From Massalongia carnosa (lineage: Eukaryota): a stretch of 64,000 nucleotides of DNA. This document shows positions 1 through 14,375 of this stretch, piece by piece. Position 1 is the first letter of the stretch. The number at the start of each line of letters is the position of its first letter. Both the position numbers and the translations under genes were made by a program. The DNA lies in NCBI GenBank assembly GCA_965645245.1, contig OZ287067.1, positions 1,302,001-1,366,000 on the forward strand. Reading direction: 5' to 3'. A model generated the notes under the pieces. That model worked only from the letters and a program-made list of their open reading frames with translations, was not told the DNA's origin and made no database searches.

Positions 1-535
1 TTTGAGGGGTTCTGAGAATTATTTGCTGAGAACCATATAAGGCCATATAAGGCCAGTGCCGCTCACGGCTGCTGTTTTATTTTTAAATATGATGATTGAT
101 CAAAACTCTGCTTAGTAAGCAGATCTAAAAATCTTTTCCCACAAAACTAAATTTCCCATTTTATTGGTGAGTAAAATCCCTACGAGAAGACAATTAGGCG
201 AGAAATAGCCGGTCAGGACGCAAGTTCTTTTTTACGAACGAATAGAAAAGTATCGTGCAAGTGATTCAAAAGCTGGAATTGATAACTAAACTAGGTAAAC
301 TACAGAAAAGAGGCTTCGCTTAAGCGTAACAATTTGACTAAAAAATAAATCCATCGCTCAAACGCCTTTGCTGAGACGCGTTTTTCGGACTGAAAGACAC
401 GATACGGAATGGTGTTGAAATGGAAACTCAGATATAGATCAAAATGTTCGCCTTTCTCAAATGCTCGAGGACAGGGGTATCAAAACCTCATGTTGGAGAA
501 CACTCCGAACCCAGCTCAACTAAACATGGCGCCTA

Positions 536-2409
536 CTACTTCTTCAGGAGCATGTTAACTGCACGCTCAACAACAGCAGCAGCATGTTCAGCTCCTGTGC
601 CTGTATCGGTTCCAGCGGGTTGATCTGTATTATGCGCGCCCGGTGGCGGATTTGGGTAATACCAGGCAGCAACAGCTGCCAAATCGTTAATAACCTGAGC
701 ATAGACGCAAGGCCTCTGGAAAGACTTACCGATAATGAGATAGACTAAAATGCAGAGAGCGCCCTCGAGGTAATTTGACTTTCCGTCTCGTAGGAAATTT
801 CCAACAACAATGATAGAAAGGAGCAAGAGTACGACATTGAAAATTTCAAAATCGAGGCCCTGTCAAGGTCAATCGTGATTCAGAAATAACCAAGGCAAAG
901 TAGTACGTACCATGGCCTTGCCCAAGCCCCAACCAACAATGACAACCAAGGAAGAATTGAATAGCGCCGTCTGAATGGTAGCACCAAGCACATGAGCAAG
1001 AGCAAAATTCATCTTTTATTTGTTAGTACGGAACCATAATACGCAAAGAATCATCTGGACCAGGTACCTGGTTGTCATGGGCTTCGTCGACAGCAGTTAA
1101 GTGTTCCGCCACCTTCTCAACAAGTGGAACAAGGATCTTTAACAACAAATTAGCAATCCGGCTGCAAGTCATAATCAAGGTTTGCTCACAAGACCCATAA
1201 AGCTATCGCTCACATGCTTCTCTGTTACTATGAACTCGATCTCGTCGACTGTTTTGTCGCTTGTCAGTGAAAATTTACTTCGCTCATGTACGATTGAAAT
1301 GGAAAGATTCACCTAGAAATACGGCATGAAGTGACACACACGTTAGCGCAATAACAAGAGCTAGGAAACACTCCGTGAGGGTGAGCTTGGCCTTTTTCAA
1401 GTCCTTGTGCCGGTCATTGTCCCTCGCTTCATCTTTTTCAAGGACGGCGTCGTATATACTGTGGTGCGTGCGCATTTGAAACCAGACATATCTGAGATGT
1501 CGAATTAGATGGAGAAGATGAACTGACGGGGTTAAACAGTTTACAATAGAAATGCTACCAAAAGTATGATTGAGGTAATGCGGCTGATCATCAAGACATT
1601 ATTATCTAGATCCTCGGTAGTAAAAGTGGTCCCAAGCGTGGATGACCGTAAAGATGTAGAGAATGCGCTTGGAATTAGAAGGCCAAAGCCAGCTACCAAT
1701 AGTAACCCGCTGCCGACTTCGCTGATAGCTTCATCAAAATCTTGTTCATCCCTGTTCATGCCTCCAACGAAGAAGCAAAATCCCAAGCAGAGTAACAGGT
1801 TTGCTAATATGGAGCCAAGTATCGCAGCTTGAATAACTGGTATAAGGCTCTTCCCGTCTTTTTGGTCATTGTGAAGGAGCACCATAAAAAGCACAATCTC
1901 TACGATGCCACCGAGGAACGTTTCTAGAAGAACACCTGGTGGGGGTTAGCAATGCACGAAACGCACCTTAAGGGGGTTGTGGGGTGGATACCAAATACTT
2001 TTGGCATCTTCCTTGCGAGTTCTTGACCGGCAAAACCTACTAAGTTCGCAGTCGGTATCATGGCAATGTAGTTGAGAACGAAGATCCACAAGTGAAGGTT
2101 TGGTCGAGCAAAATGTATGGCGATGGCCACAGGTACAAACGGCCAGAGCACGTTGACCGCCAAGGAGGCTTTGCTAGTGCTGCGGAAGCATATCCGTAGA
2201 AAATGCCATGGATGGATCCCTTTCCGTCCACTCTCACCGTCGGGATGAATTCCTTTAGTGACCCTGTGTCCATTATGGTTCACCCTATGGCCTTCGTGAT
2301 TATAGGTGTGTTTTTGATGGGCGGGTTGTTGCTGCATGTTATTAAGCTCGATATCTCGTTCTGTTACACCCACCCCTCCTTCGTTCTTACGACGATGCGT
2401 ACCCAACAT
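536..2409 (-). CDS. Vacuolar Ca2+/H+ exchanger (CAX/VCX1-like, CaCA family), multi-exon
   Basis: Exon ORFs carry CaCA motifs IQAAILGSILANLLLCLG, LVPLVEKVAEHLTAVDEA and RDGKSNYLEGAL; GT-AG introns join the ORF fragments. Confidence 0.9.
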
Positions 2410-2933
2410 CGTGAGCTCACAGTTTCAGGTGCTTTTAGTAAGCTGACCGAAGTCTTGACTGGTTTGGTGATGGTCCGCGAGAGAAGGTAGAGTTGTTGTA
2501 GGTGTCTCACTTGAGCGAAGAGAATCGGACGACCAGATGGTTTGTTATGTCGAGGATCAAGGTAGGAAGTTATCCTCTAAAGGTAGGAGAGGGGTCGATT
2601 CGTACGTAGTCAATGGCCGTGAATTTAAAGATTTAGACAGTAGCACAGGAGGCTTGAAGTGATGCAGGCGATGTCAGATCGCGAGCTAAGAGAGAAGGAA
2701 TCAAAGGAGAGGATTGGGACTGGAGGGGAATGAAGTGGTGAATGGATGGATGTTGTTTGAGTGGTGAAAGTATTAATTAGGTCAAAGTCCAGTTTATTTG
2801 CCAAGAGCCAAAAACCTGCATCAAGAGAAGAGAAAGGAGATCCTGTATTTTCTCAAATCAAAGGGTTATTTAAGAAAGCTTCAAGCCTTCGAGTCGGAGA
2901 CTCTGTGTTGGTTCAATTGAAAAAGACGTACTG

Positions 2934-3058
2934 GGAGTGAGAGAGAAAATGGAAGTCAAACCAAGGATTAACGAAGAAAGGAGTGAGAGAGAAAATGGAA
3001 GTCAAACCAAGGATTAACGAAAGGAGTCCAGCTGAAAAGACCAGCTGAAAAGACCAGC
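2934..3058. repeat. Short direct repeats upstream of the CAX gene
   Basis: GGAGTGAGAGAGAAAATGGAAGTCAAACCAAGGATTAACGAA occurs twice in tandem, followed by repeated CCAGCTGAAAAGA. Confidence 0.8.
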
Positions 3059-3807
3059 TTGAAGGAAACTAGTTATTGACGGTGGCTGTGCGTGTGAAGC
3101 GCTGAGCTGTCAACTAACTTAACGCAATTTGGTCTAGCGGGCCTCAGGAGTCGATGTTTGATTTGTGAAACGAAAGCCTCTTCGCGCTTACGTTGATGCG
3201 CCAATCATCACGTCAAAAACACGGTTCTATTTCGATCCGACTTCTACTGCTCAACTTGTCCTTAATTAATACGAGAACTACAGAATATGTCGGACTCTTT
3301 ACAGCCAGAGTACAGAGTACAGAGTACACAACACAGATAAGGCAGCTAGTCAACCGAGTACAGACATACTCCCTACTTTGTGGATGGATGGAGATGACGG
3401 TTCTTGTCATTACTCTTCCCCGCAATCCTTAAACCGCATGATGCAGCTTTCTGATGAGTTGATTGGAGAAAGCATGGCAATGTGCATGGCTGTGTGCATG
3501 GCAACGATTTTCTTGAGCTGTTTGTGTTTTAGTCACGGTGCTGGCTGTTCAGTTCAAGATGAGCAGGAAAGCAGCACGTTTCTGCAGCAGGAAAGGTCCT
3601 CGTTCAAACTCTAAATATCCCTTTCTTGAGGATGCTTAGGTCCTTATCTGTTGATACAGGTTTGCCCTAGTTTACGGATGCTTTCGCTTGACTGTGTTAT
3701 CTGCTTCATTCGTTAAGCGAGGATTCTACATTCTGATCTCCTATGCTCCGTAGACTGTCCAAAACCATCACCAACCCAGGCCTATTTTTCATTCAGGCAT
3801 CTTGAGC

Positions 3808-6049
3808 ATGGCTTCAGATCATTTCTCGTCGTGTGATCTTCTCATTATAGGAGCCGGCCCCTCTGGGTATGTCCACATCACGGCGCAATGGACCCTTAAC
3901 TAATAACCTGGAAAGTTTGATGGCCGCTGCATGGGCTGCACAATTTGGGATCCATGCCCGGATCGTTGATAAGCGGGAATCTAAAGTTCTCAGAGGACAG
4001 GCAGATGGCTTGCAATGCCGAACTATGGAGATATTCGATAGTTTCGGGTTTGCAGAAAGGATTTTAGAAGAATCAAATCCTTTGTAAGACCTTGGAAGGT
4101 AGAATGCTAAAAATATACTGATGCGTTTCAAAAGGGTCGAAGTGTGCTTTTGGGTTCGTTGCATAGAACCTACGGCTTTCGAATAACAGTTAACCAGTCT
4201 TTTAGAACCCCGATGAAGCGGGAGCAATTCATAGAACCGATCGATTCTCCAACACAATCCCCGGCATCTCAAGATTTCAAGAAGTCGTCCTCCATCAGGG
4301 CCGCATCGAGCAGTATTTTCTGGATTTTCTGAATCAAAATTCGAAAATTGAGGTAGAGAGAAGCGTTCTTCCGCTAGAACTAGAACTGGACTCCTCCAAG
4401 TCCGAGAATCAAGATTCTTATCCTATCAAAGTCAAGGTCCAGCATTTAGGTGACAACGTAACAGGCTCAGATCAGAAGCATACGGATATGACTATGCTCC
4501 CCAATGTGCTCAAAATTGATCCGAGAAAATATAATACAAATGACGCAGCTCTTGGGAGCGAACCGAAGAAGTCTATGGAGATAATCAGAGCAAAGTACAT
4601 GATAGGTTGTGACGGAGCCCATAGCTGGACTCGACAGCAACTTGGATTCACCATGGATGGCGAACAGACGGATTCCATTTGGGGAGTTTTGGATATTATC
4701 CCCATAACTGATTTTCGTGCGCTCTAGGGAATTCGATGGGTTGAAATTTGTCGCTGACGAAGGAACAGCTGACATACGATCGAAAACTGCCATACATAGC
4801 GCCAGCGCTGGGACAGTCATGGTTATTCCGAGGGAGAAGATGCTCGTTCGGCTGTACATACAGTTAAACGATCTGAGAAGTGCCAAGCAGGTCGACAGGT
4901 CCACAATCTCCCCAGAAATAATTCTGAAAGCTGCGCAGAAGATCTTGAGACCATATAGTATTACTTACAATTATTGTGACTGGTGGACCGCCTATCAAGT
5001 GGGTATCTAAAAGATATATTAATAAGTAATGCTGATGTATACCACCTTAGATTGGACAACGCATTGGGAACTTATTCAGTGCTGATGACAGAATATTTCT
5101 CGCTGGAGACGCCGTTCACACCCATTCTCCGAAGGCCGGACAAGGCATGAACGTTTCTATTCAGGATACATATAATCTTGGATGGAAAATCGGTGCTGTT
5201 ATCAGCGGGTTTGCCAGGCGCTCCATCCTTCGGACCTATCAATTAGAACGTAGAACCGTTGCCCAAGACCTTATTGAGTTCGACCGGAAACTGTCTTACC
5301 TATTCACAGGGAAACCCGCAAGAGATGCGGCTGATGAAACAGGCATATCCATGCAAGAATTCAAGGAGCTTTATCGCAAAAAGGGACTGTTTACTGCAGG
5401 GCTGGCAGTAGATTACGGAGCGAGCGTGCTCGTTGCCAAACCTGGAGGCCTTGCTGGTAACGGGCTAAACGATGAACCAAACGGTCCTTGCAAAGCCATT
5501 GGAAAGCAAGAGCTTGCAATGAATATTCCGCTAGGCAAAAGATTCCCCAGCCACCAAGTGTTGGGCCAGAGTGATGCCCGCCCTTGGCAGTTTGCACAAC
5601 GTCTTCCAAGCGACGGCCGATTTCGGATAATTCTTTTCGCAGGAAACCTCAACAAACTACAATGGCAAAGAGTACAAAAATTCGGCGCTGACATATCCGC
5701 TCCAAATTCCATCCTCCGTCGATATACGCCTTCAAATAGACTAAATGATGCAATCATAGACGTACTCATGATCCATTCGGCACCACGAAAGGAGATTGAA
5801 CTTTTGGCTCTACATGAAGTGTTCCATCCTTTCGATGCTAAACGCGGCTGGAATTATGAAAAGGTGTTTGTGGATGATGAATCCTATCACCAAGGTCACG
5901 GTGAGGCATATCGGAATTACGGCGTGGATCGTGAACGAGGCTGCGTGGTCATTACACGTCCTGATCAATATGTGGGATGGATTGGGGAATTGGAGGACGT
6001 TCGTGAAATTGAATGCTATTTCTCCGGATTTCTTATCCCGCAGGCATGA
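3808..6049 (+). CDS. FAD-dependent phenol 2-monooxygenase (phenol hydroxylase family), multi-exon
   Basis: N-terminal DLLIIGAGPSG Rossmann motif, GQADGLQCRT, IGCDGAHSWTR, FLAGDAVHTHSPKAGQGMNVS and C-terminal RPDQYV dimerisation domain. Confidence 0.93.
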
Positions 6050-7008
6050 TCTTGGGCTTTTTTCACAAAATAAAAAACAAACCTTGTTACAGGATGAATA
6101 TAAATTCTGAATTCTAATTTAGGAAAGAAGATATCATGACATATGGACAACAGTCGTTTACCTGTGCGAAAAAACTTGATAGTGGTACTCTCTAACAAGT
6201 GACAGTTGGGAGAAGATGCTACTTTATGACCATTCATTAAGAATGAATCTTATTGTATTCATGACTTAACAGTGTTGGTTGGATACTAGGGTATAAAGAT
6301 CCCTAGTAGCTAAGATGCTGCTTCTTGGGCCCATTTTGACGCAACCAATGATCTGGAGAAACTGCTTGTGTTTGTGTCGGCACACAATTTGGCGTCAAGG
6401 GCAGAATTGTTCATTTCAAGAAAAACGCTTCTAGCAGTTTGTGCCTGCATTGTGTGGTGAGCTCAAGCAGCCTCGATCTTTATGTCTATGCAGGATACCC
6501 AGACATTATCTTGTGTACGAGGCGGATGATAGAATTCCCCAACATTACCCGCCAAAATAGCCGATTATCCTTGATGGTTGGGCCGAGTGGGCCGTTCACG
6601 CTGGGCCAAAGAAAGTTCCCACACCAAATCGAGCGAGACCGTCAAATTGTCCAGAACCAGAAATGCAAAGGTTTTAGAGATTTTTCAAAAAATAACACTT
6701 CAATTATTACTACTTCAAAACTTTTATATAAACTGCTCAATGTTAAAAGAACAATTCTATATTGTTCAATTTTAAATTTTACAATTGATAAATTTAGTGA
6801 TTTTATTATCTTACTCAGTTCTTTGGTGGGAACCTTTTTTGGCCCGTTATACCATGTATAGTTAGACTATGATATGATAAGATAATATAAGATAACCCTT
6901 CCATTGATTAAACTAGAATATGATTAGAGACCCGGACTCATCAAAATAATCATCATACATAACTCACACTTCAGCTGCTAACGCCAACAAGAGCGAGAAC
7001 CCTCCAAC

Positions 7009-8872
7009 ATGTCGACAGTTACAAAATCAAAATTTCCGCCGGTGGTTATGAATGTGGTCACTGAGCAAATAGGTAATACGCCAATGGTGAAGCTTAATAG
7101 AATACCTCAGAGCCTGGGGATAGAAGCTACCATCTACGCTAAGCTTGAGTTCTTCAATGCCGGGGGAAGTGTCAAGGATCGAATCGCCCTGCGTATGATT
7201 GAAGAGGCAGAGCGATCCGGGAGGATAAAACCCGGAGATACTCTGATAGAACCAACAAGTGGCAACACGTGAGGCCTCCATAGCCTCGCTAAGGCTGAAA
7301 ACAGCTTACCTAACTCTTTCAACAGTGGTATTGGCCTTGCATTGGTCGCAGCTGTAAAAGGTACGAAAGCTCTAGTATTGACGGGTGAAGAACATCGCTA
7401 ATATGCAAAGGCTATAAGACAATCATCACCCTCCCTGAAAAGATGTCGCCTGAGAAAGTTGCCGTTCTTCGCTCACTAAACGCAACAATCATCCGGACAT
7501 CGACTCAAGCAGCCTGGGACTCGCCGGAATCTCATATCGGGGTAGCCCGGAGGCTTCAGAAAGAAATCCCCAACGCACATATCCTCGACCAATACGGAAA
7601 CCCTGATAATCCACTTGCGCATGAGTACGGGACCGCAGAGGAGATATGGAAACAGACGGATGGGAGGATCACAGCTGTCGTTGCGGGCGCTGGGACAGGC
7701 GGAACAATTACAGGACTGGCAAAGGGCCTTCGGAAACATAATCCAGACGTAAAGATCATTGCGGCGGATCCTTATGGATCTATATTGGCACTACCCGAGT
7801 CCTTGAACCATCAGCATGCCAATGAATCGTATAAAATCGAAGGCATAGGGTATGACTTCGTTCCCGACGTCTTGGACCGAAAAACCGTCGACCACTGGTA
7901 TAAAACCGACGATAGGGAGTCATTTGCCTACGCACGGAGGCTAATCGCAGAAGAAGGTCTTCTTGTTGGCGGAAGTAGCGGAAGCGCCATGGCAGCAATG
8001 GTGCAAGGGGTGAAAGAGTTGAAACTAGGCAAGGACAGCGTAGTAGTCGTGATCCTTCCGGACAGCATCCGAAGCTATCTCAGCAAAGTAAGCCCACCTT
8101 CTTCCCTTGCCCGACCCTACTCTTTTCTCTTTACCCTTCCACACCCAAAATTCCAAATCTAATGAAACCCCCCACGCAACAAAAGTTCGTCGACGACGAC
8201 TGGCTCGCAGCTAACGACCTCCTCCCCCCCAGCCCTCCCCCAACCGCTCCTCCTTCCCCCTCCTCTTCTTTACCAAAAGATCCCTTCGCCGGCGCCACGA
8301 TTCGCACCCTCCGCCTCAAACCCGTTACTACTATCACCTCTACCGAGCCCCTCTCCACCGCTACGGAAACAATGCGTGAAAAGGGCTTCGACCAGCTCCC
8401 TGTGCTCGCGGCCACCCCTAGCCGCAGCGGCAGCCGCAAATTAGTCGGGCTAGTCACGTTAGGGAACTGTCTTAGCTGGATCAGTAGCGGGCGCGCGACA
8501 CCTGAGACGGAAGTGAAGGAGGTCATGTTTCGCTTCGCCAAAGTCGCTGAAGTTGTGACCGGCTTTGGGGCGGCCGCAGGGGGCGGGGAGGAGGACCAGG
8601 TAAGTCGCGATGCGAAGAAGGGCCGAAGATTTGTGGAAATCACGTTAGACACGCCATTAAGGGCGCTCAGCCGGTTCTTCGAATGGAACAGCGCCGCTAT
8701 AGTCACGGAGCGAGAGGAAGAGGACGACAGGGGAGCAAAAAAGCAGACGGAGGGCCTGGGCGAGGGGAAGAAAGTGAGCGGCAGCAGCGCGATGAAGCCT
8801 GTTGCTGTAGTGACAAAGGTGGATCTATTAACGTGGCTGATGCGGCAGAGCAAACTTGTGGATAAAAGTTGA
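7009..8872 (+). CDS. CYS4: Cystathionine beta-synthase
   Basis: [12 protein letters not shown] lysine motif, EPTSGNTG, GAGTGGT, C-terminal CBS domain (GFDQLPV...VVTKVDLL). Confidence 0.95.
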
Positions 8873-9297
8873 AGAGAGGGAGATATTTTCGTAGACGAGC
8901 TGTGCTATAATGTACATTATCAGGGAGGCACGGAGCGTCAAGGGAGGGAGCTTCACGCAGGTAGGCTACTCGTAGAACTATTAGCAAGCTATCCAAGAAT
9001 CAAGAAAACTCTCTCTAATCTCCATGGGTAGTTGGTTCTGGTGCATTCATCCCTCCTTCTTCCCCCATCCCGCTTCCGAATCTCCATAGAAGTGGGCGAA
9101 TGGGAACTGTGGGGAGAGAGAAGTCGGTTATAGGCAGGTTTGTTGAGTCGAGGAATTGACTTATCCAGTGAGTGGAGGTTGCCGAAAAAGGAATTGGCGA
9201 AGTGGTTTGTGTGGTTCACTATACGGTTTCTGACTCCGCGAGTCCTCCGACTGGCTTGACATTGTATGTAAATAACCCAATGTATGTATGCCCTGCC

Positions 9298-10303
9298 TCA
9301 TAGCGCCTCTCCAATCCATGCCCACCAACCACCCACGTCCGGCCCCTCAGCCCCCAGCACATTCCCCCCTACCACGCTCACCGACACGCCCACCTCCTCC
9401 ATCTGCTCAAATTTGAACGGACCCTCTCCCCCATCACCCAACCAGTCCTTCTCCTCCCCTCCCCCATCCAGATCGTTCATGCTGACGCCAGAGTCTAGCA
9501 AGCCCGCGCCGCGCGATCCGCGCACACGTGTGATTTCTGCCTCGAGGGTGGATTTCACTAGCAGAGGGGGCAGCGCGGTGAAGAGGTCGAGTTTGTTGGC
9601 TGCGACGAGGAGGGGAATGGCGTGCGCGGCCTTGGAGGATTTGGAGCCGGCGTGGCGTTTCTGTAGCGCGAGGAACAGGTCGTGCAGGTACTCTGCTGCT
9701 TGCCGAAGACCGTCGACTGCATCATTACCGCTGGTGTCACTGCTGGTGGTGGTAAAGGAAAGATCGGCGGCGTCGACCACGAAGATGAGTCCTCGGAGAT
9801 TCTGGGGCCTGGCGAGAGTGTCGAAGGCGTGATAGCGTAGCTTACCGTGGCCGGGGGTATCGATGAGGAGTAGACACTTTTGACTTTGCAGAGAGGGATC
9901 ATTGAGGGAGCGGTATTTGGCGGAGGCGGTCGTGGTGCTGGTAGGGAGGGAGATCTCGACAGTAAGGGGCACTTGGGAGGTTCGGGTTTCGGCATGATGA
10001 CCTCGTTCGAACTGTTTTATGCGGCGGCGCGGCAGTACAGTGTCAGATTGATTGAGATTTTCGCAGATGGAGCGAGAAAATTGACGATCTTACTAGCGTT
10101 AAAAGAGAGGTTTTCCCAGAGCCGCTGGGACCAACGAGGAGGAAGGAGGGTAGCCCGGTGGAGGAGGTGGTGCTATATATTAGTAGATGGAGGAAGAGTG
10201 GAATGGAAAGCACTACAAGGACAGTGATCACGACTGCTGCCGGCGTCGGCTCAAGCAGCGTCGTAAGCCAGCTCTGAACATTTGTCCAAGACATAATTGA
10301 CAA
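9298..10303 (-). CDS. SRP102: Signal recognition particle receptor beta subunit
   Basis: N-terminal TM helix, GPSGSGKT P-loop, DTPGHGKLR, ANKLD; one intron near 10023-10092. Confidence 0.9.
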
Positions 10304-10855
10304 TGATCCTACCCAGAGGCCAGGATTACATCAAGCGCGAGTATGGAAGTATCTAAGATAAGATAAGATAAACTTGCAGCACTTAATCAGATTAGATTCC
10401 GTGAGTACCCCACTTGCCCTAATCCTATTGATCTGGAGATTTCGTCATCAACGTTGCAGGCATGTCTTCCGCGCATTTAAGGGTCATGACTTTCTAAATA
10501 GGAACTTGTGTGTTAGGTGGTTAAGTCTTTAGGAGGTTCAACTGATACACAAAATAGGTATCTTAGGAACCGGTTCTTCTTATAGGCCCAATCAGGCCTC
10601 TTTCAGCTTTGGAAATGATCGTTATCACAGACTGCATGATTATGCCGATTAATATTGGTTAATGCAGATTACAGGACGAAATCAGCAGGTTCAACTATAG
10701 CAGTTGGTGATGAAGCTGATCATCTTTTGAGAAGGTGAAACACCCTTATAAGCAGTGCGGAAGCTGTGAAAAGAAATACTGGTCAAGAAACATATTTTGG
10801 TCGTGTTTTACGTGTAAGACAGCTAGCGAATAGAAATTTAAAGCGCTTTTGCCCA

Positions 10856-12175
10856 TTACCGATAAGCCCGTTCCGGCAGCTCAGATGGATAGTTCCTAGA
10901 CCCTGCTAGTTCACTTATCTGTGAGTTCCTTAGCTCACTCATCTGCGAGCTTCTTGGCTCACGGTGCAAAGTAGGACTACCCGATAACTCGCTATGGGAA
11001 GGTGAATCTGGAAGCTCGAGTGACACGGGATGCAGCCCCAACCCCCCCGTCGATACTCCACGATACTCGGCTATCCCGGCTCCGTTACCCATATTAGAAA
11101 ATCGACTCGAGTCTCGTTGGTCGACTTCCGGCGACACCGACGTTGCCGTATACGGACTGCCTAGGTCTCCGTTATTATTGTACATATAGTCCATTGGCTT
11201 AATATCGGTAGGTTCCGTATGATCTGCCACCGAAGAAGCCAAAAATCGCTTCTTGTTCTTCAGACGTCGCCAGAGTAAGAAAAAGAGCGCAGCAAGTGCT
11301 ACAATAACAACCGGTATGCCTACACCCAGCCCAACTTTGGTACCAATTTTTTTAGACGAGGCTGCCTTTGAAGTCGATGGTGAAGCATTCGTCGTCGTAC
11401 TTTTGGGGGCCACAACGCCCTCTGTGATGATGCTCGAGCTAGAACCCGCAGAGTTAACAATTATGGATGTTATGAGCACAACACTGGTACTGGCTTGAAT
11501 AGAACCGACGATTCCGGGAGAGCCACTCGTAAAGGATGGAGGAGAGTTGAACCGAGAGCTCGCTGTGGAAGGCGAGGGTGCTGGCTCAATAACAGCGGAT
11601 GATGATGGAGGAGCTACAAGGCTCGTGGGGATCTCGGTGGTCGACAGCGCCGGAGGACCTTGGGTGCTGAACTTAGAAGCAGTTGCAGCTATAGGAGTAT
11701 TTCCAATGAAGGCGATTGATTTGCCGTCTGGTAAGGAAAAGAAATCCTTGGATGTGTCACAACACCCAACTTGAGGACGATTGGCGTCGCAACAATAGTT
11801 GCCCGGACTACATTGAAGAATCGCCTCCGCCCCAGACGCAGTGTTATCTACACGATCCTCAGCTTAGTGATATTTAAATCTCGTTGTTTACGCGCACAAC
11901 GTACCGTGGGTGCAGATATTTGGACAGTTGGCAGATTTCCAAGTCTGGTCGCTACAGGTGTAACGCCCAAGGTATCCTGCATTTTCCAAATGGCAAAGGC
12001 CATTGGACAGGCACTCCCAGTTCAGAGGACAACAGGCACTATCCGAATCAGAGGAGCATGGCTGATCGCCCGTCGATAATTCACCATTAGGATAATAGCA
12101 GTTGCAATTGATTACTCCTAACAGAGAGAGTAATGCTACTAAGTAGACGAGCCCAAGTGAATTGGCAAGTGCCAT
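10856..12175 (-). CDS. Single-pass membrane protein: signal peptide, Cys-rich ectodomain, Ser/Thr stalk, TM helix (Mid2/Wsc-like sensor architecture)
   Basis: Hydrophobic N-terminus, CYYPNG...CCP...CLSNGLC, S/T-rich linker, GLGVGIPVVIVALAALFFLLWRR TM, cytoplasmic ELP repeats; intron near 11849-11903. Confidence 0.8.
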
Positions 12176-14375
12176 AACGCCATGTGACCCACTAACAGAC
12201 GATGCGAGCTTCATCGGTACTCTGCTCCTAGCTTTGCTACCTACATACTCTATGAACATTATTCTCGCAGTAATTAATGTTGAATTTCAACATAACCGGG
12301 ATTTAACATTAGCTCCGTATGCTCCAGCTAAATAACAGTATTTAACCTCAAGCGGGTGTGTTACAGAGTAGAGGAGTCCCAACGTATCTAGAGATAAAAT
12401 ACGGAGTACAGAAAGTGAAATTTGTTGGTGTCTTTTTTCTGTCACATCGACCTTCCAATGACATCATTCTGAGAAACTAAAACTCAAAAATTTGCTAGAA
12501 TTGAGGGCGCAATAACCTATCCGTTCATGTTCCTGGCTTCTCGAGATGATGAGTTAACTCACTCGGAAACAAACCAGCGAACGTACAGAGCACTCCAGAT
12601 CTCCCCTCGACTCTTGCGTCTTTGAGGAACGCAAACTCGCATTATGTGCATGTTTCGATTCGAAACGCCACGTCTATCTACCTCGAACCTGAGAGCCTTT
12701 TTTAAGAAAAAATATATAATAATGCCAGTGGTCCTCATCAAAGGCTTCTCTAATAATCTTATACGATTGCTGCGCTTTCTAAAATTAGAAACTAGCATAA
12801 GAATGAGCTTGTATGTATATATATTATAGAGTTTCTCTAATTTGCAAGATCAATACTTTCCCGGGATTTTGTCTGTATTTGCGGGGTCCTGTCCCTTGGA
12901 ATATGAACGGAGAAAAAGACTTGACTCATGATGATCGCATCTTTCTTTTTTATTAATTCATTAAGCGTATGCATCCTAAGGATATGACGCTGTGAATGCT
13001 ATTTAGGTACATAAACAACAGTCAGGAAATGGAAACCTGACCCTCAGGGTAAAACCACTCCCTAAATCCATATTGAACATTTCGAAAACGTTCTTCTACC
13101 ACGCGGTGCATACACACAGATCTTCAAGCGCTAGGAATCCTATAGACTTGATGAACTAGACAGTGTATCTCCACACGTTCGACGAACGTTCTCTGTTTTT
13201 AACCGTTTGATTCAACGGAGGAAAGACGGGCTGTGATCGAGGGCAGATCATGGTGTCGTTATAAATGGAATTGTGCAAGTGTGGCTATTCCGAATGAATG
13301 GGCTTTCTCGATGTGGTGAAAGGCTTCCGCCTGAAGGGTGTGGCCATTCCGAGTGAATGGGCTTTGTATGCCTTCGAAGTGGTGGATGATCAGTAGAGAC
13401 GTTGATCATTCAAACGGCCACCGAGGTGATTATCCAAAGTCCACAGACCAGTTAGCACGAGCTAATGGCAGGGCACGAAAATACCTGATGGCACCTATTA
13501 AACCTCAAATCTGAGTTTCCATTGCCCTCGAATGTTGTTTATGCGTGCGATCTTAAATTAGGGGCTCCAAGGAGTACCAATTGCGAAGGGGTTCGGTGGG
13601 AACTTAATGAAGTAGCAGACGTAACTTTTGATCCTCATAACTGAGTCCCCGTCAGCATTGTTGATGCGGCATGTAGACTAGATATACATAGGATTATACT
13701 AACGTTATGATAGGTAATTGCGCAATAGCTATCGGCTACACTCAGAAAGTCACAACAACATGGGATGTATTAAGAGGCGTAGTCGACAATATTCTCGCAT
13801 AGCGTATCACGAACACTTTCCTGGTTCATTCTGGTGGTACAGCCATCTCTCAAGCTGCAAAGGGTTGAAAGAGGGGTGTTGGGCGTAACAGCATGCTGCA
13901 GGCACCTCAGCTCCTTTTCGATATTGAGGTCGTAATCTACAAACAAGATACTTTTTCAGGTCCGCCCACCTCAACCTCTACCTGGGCTATAATCTCAAGC
14001 AATACCGGGGGCATCAGGCAATGCCCAGCTCCACATAGCGGGCGCGGTTTAAAAAAAGCATTGATCTCTTGAGACGCCCTCTTGCCGGCTAGCTGGGAAG
14101 AAAGTGCCATGTAGGCCTGAGTAGGCATAAACAAGATATATCATTTTTGTATATCATATAAAAGTTTTTAGGGTAATAGAACATGGGCAAACATCATATC
14201 TATGAAATAAGTTCAAGGAAATTAAGAGCCTGAGGTGTAGTTACTTAAATCCAGTCTTACGTAATGTGTCCACCTTCTGCTACCATCATCCTACTCTTAC
14301 TCTAAGTCTCCCTCTCTATGCACATAACGATGAGATGATCAAATCAAACGAATATCTGACGCCAGGATCAACGAA

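Noticed and set aside
3808..8872. Phenol monooxygenase as part of a secondary-metabolite cluster
   Set aside because: No PKS, NRPS, terpene synthase or cluster regulator in the window; neighbours are housekeeping genes
13099..13110. CACGCGGTGC matching the MITE terminus
   Set aside because: Only 10 bp match, no A-tract or CCAAAA box and no partner inverted end
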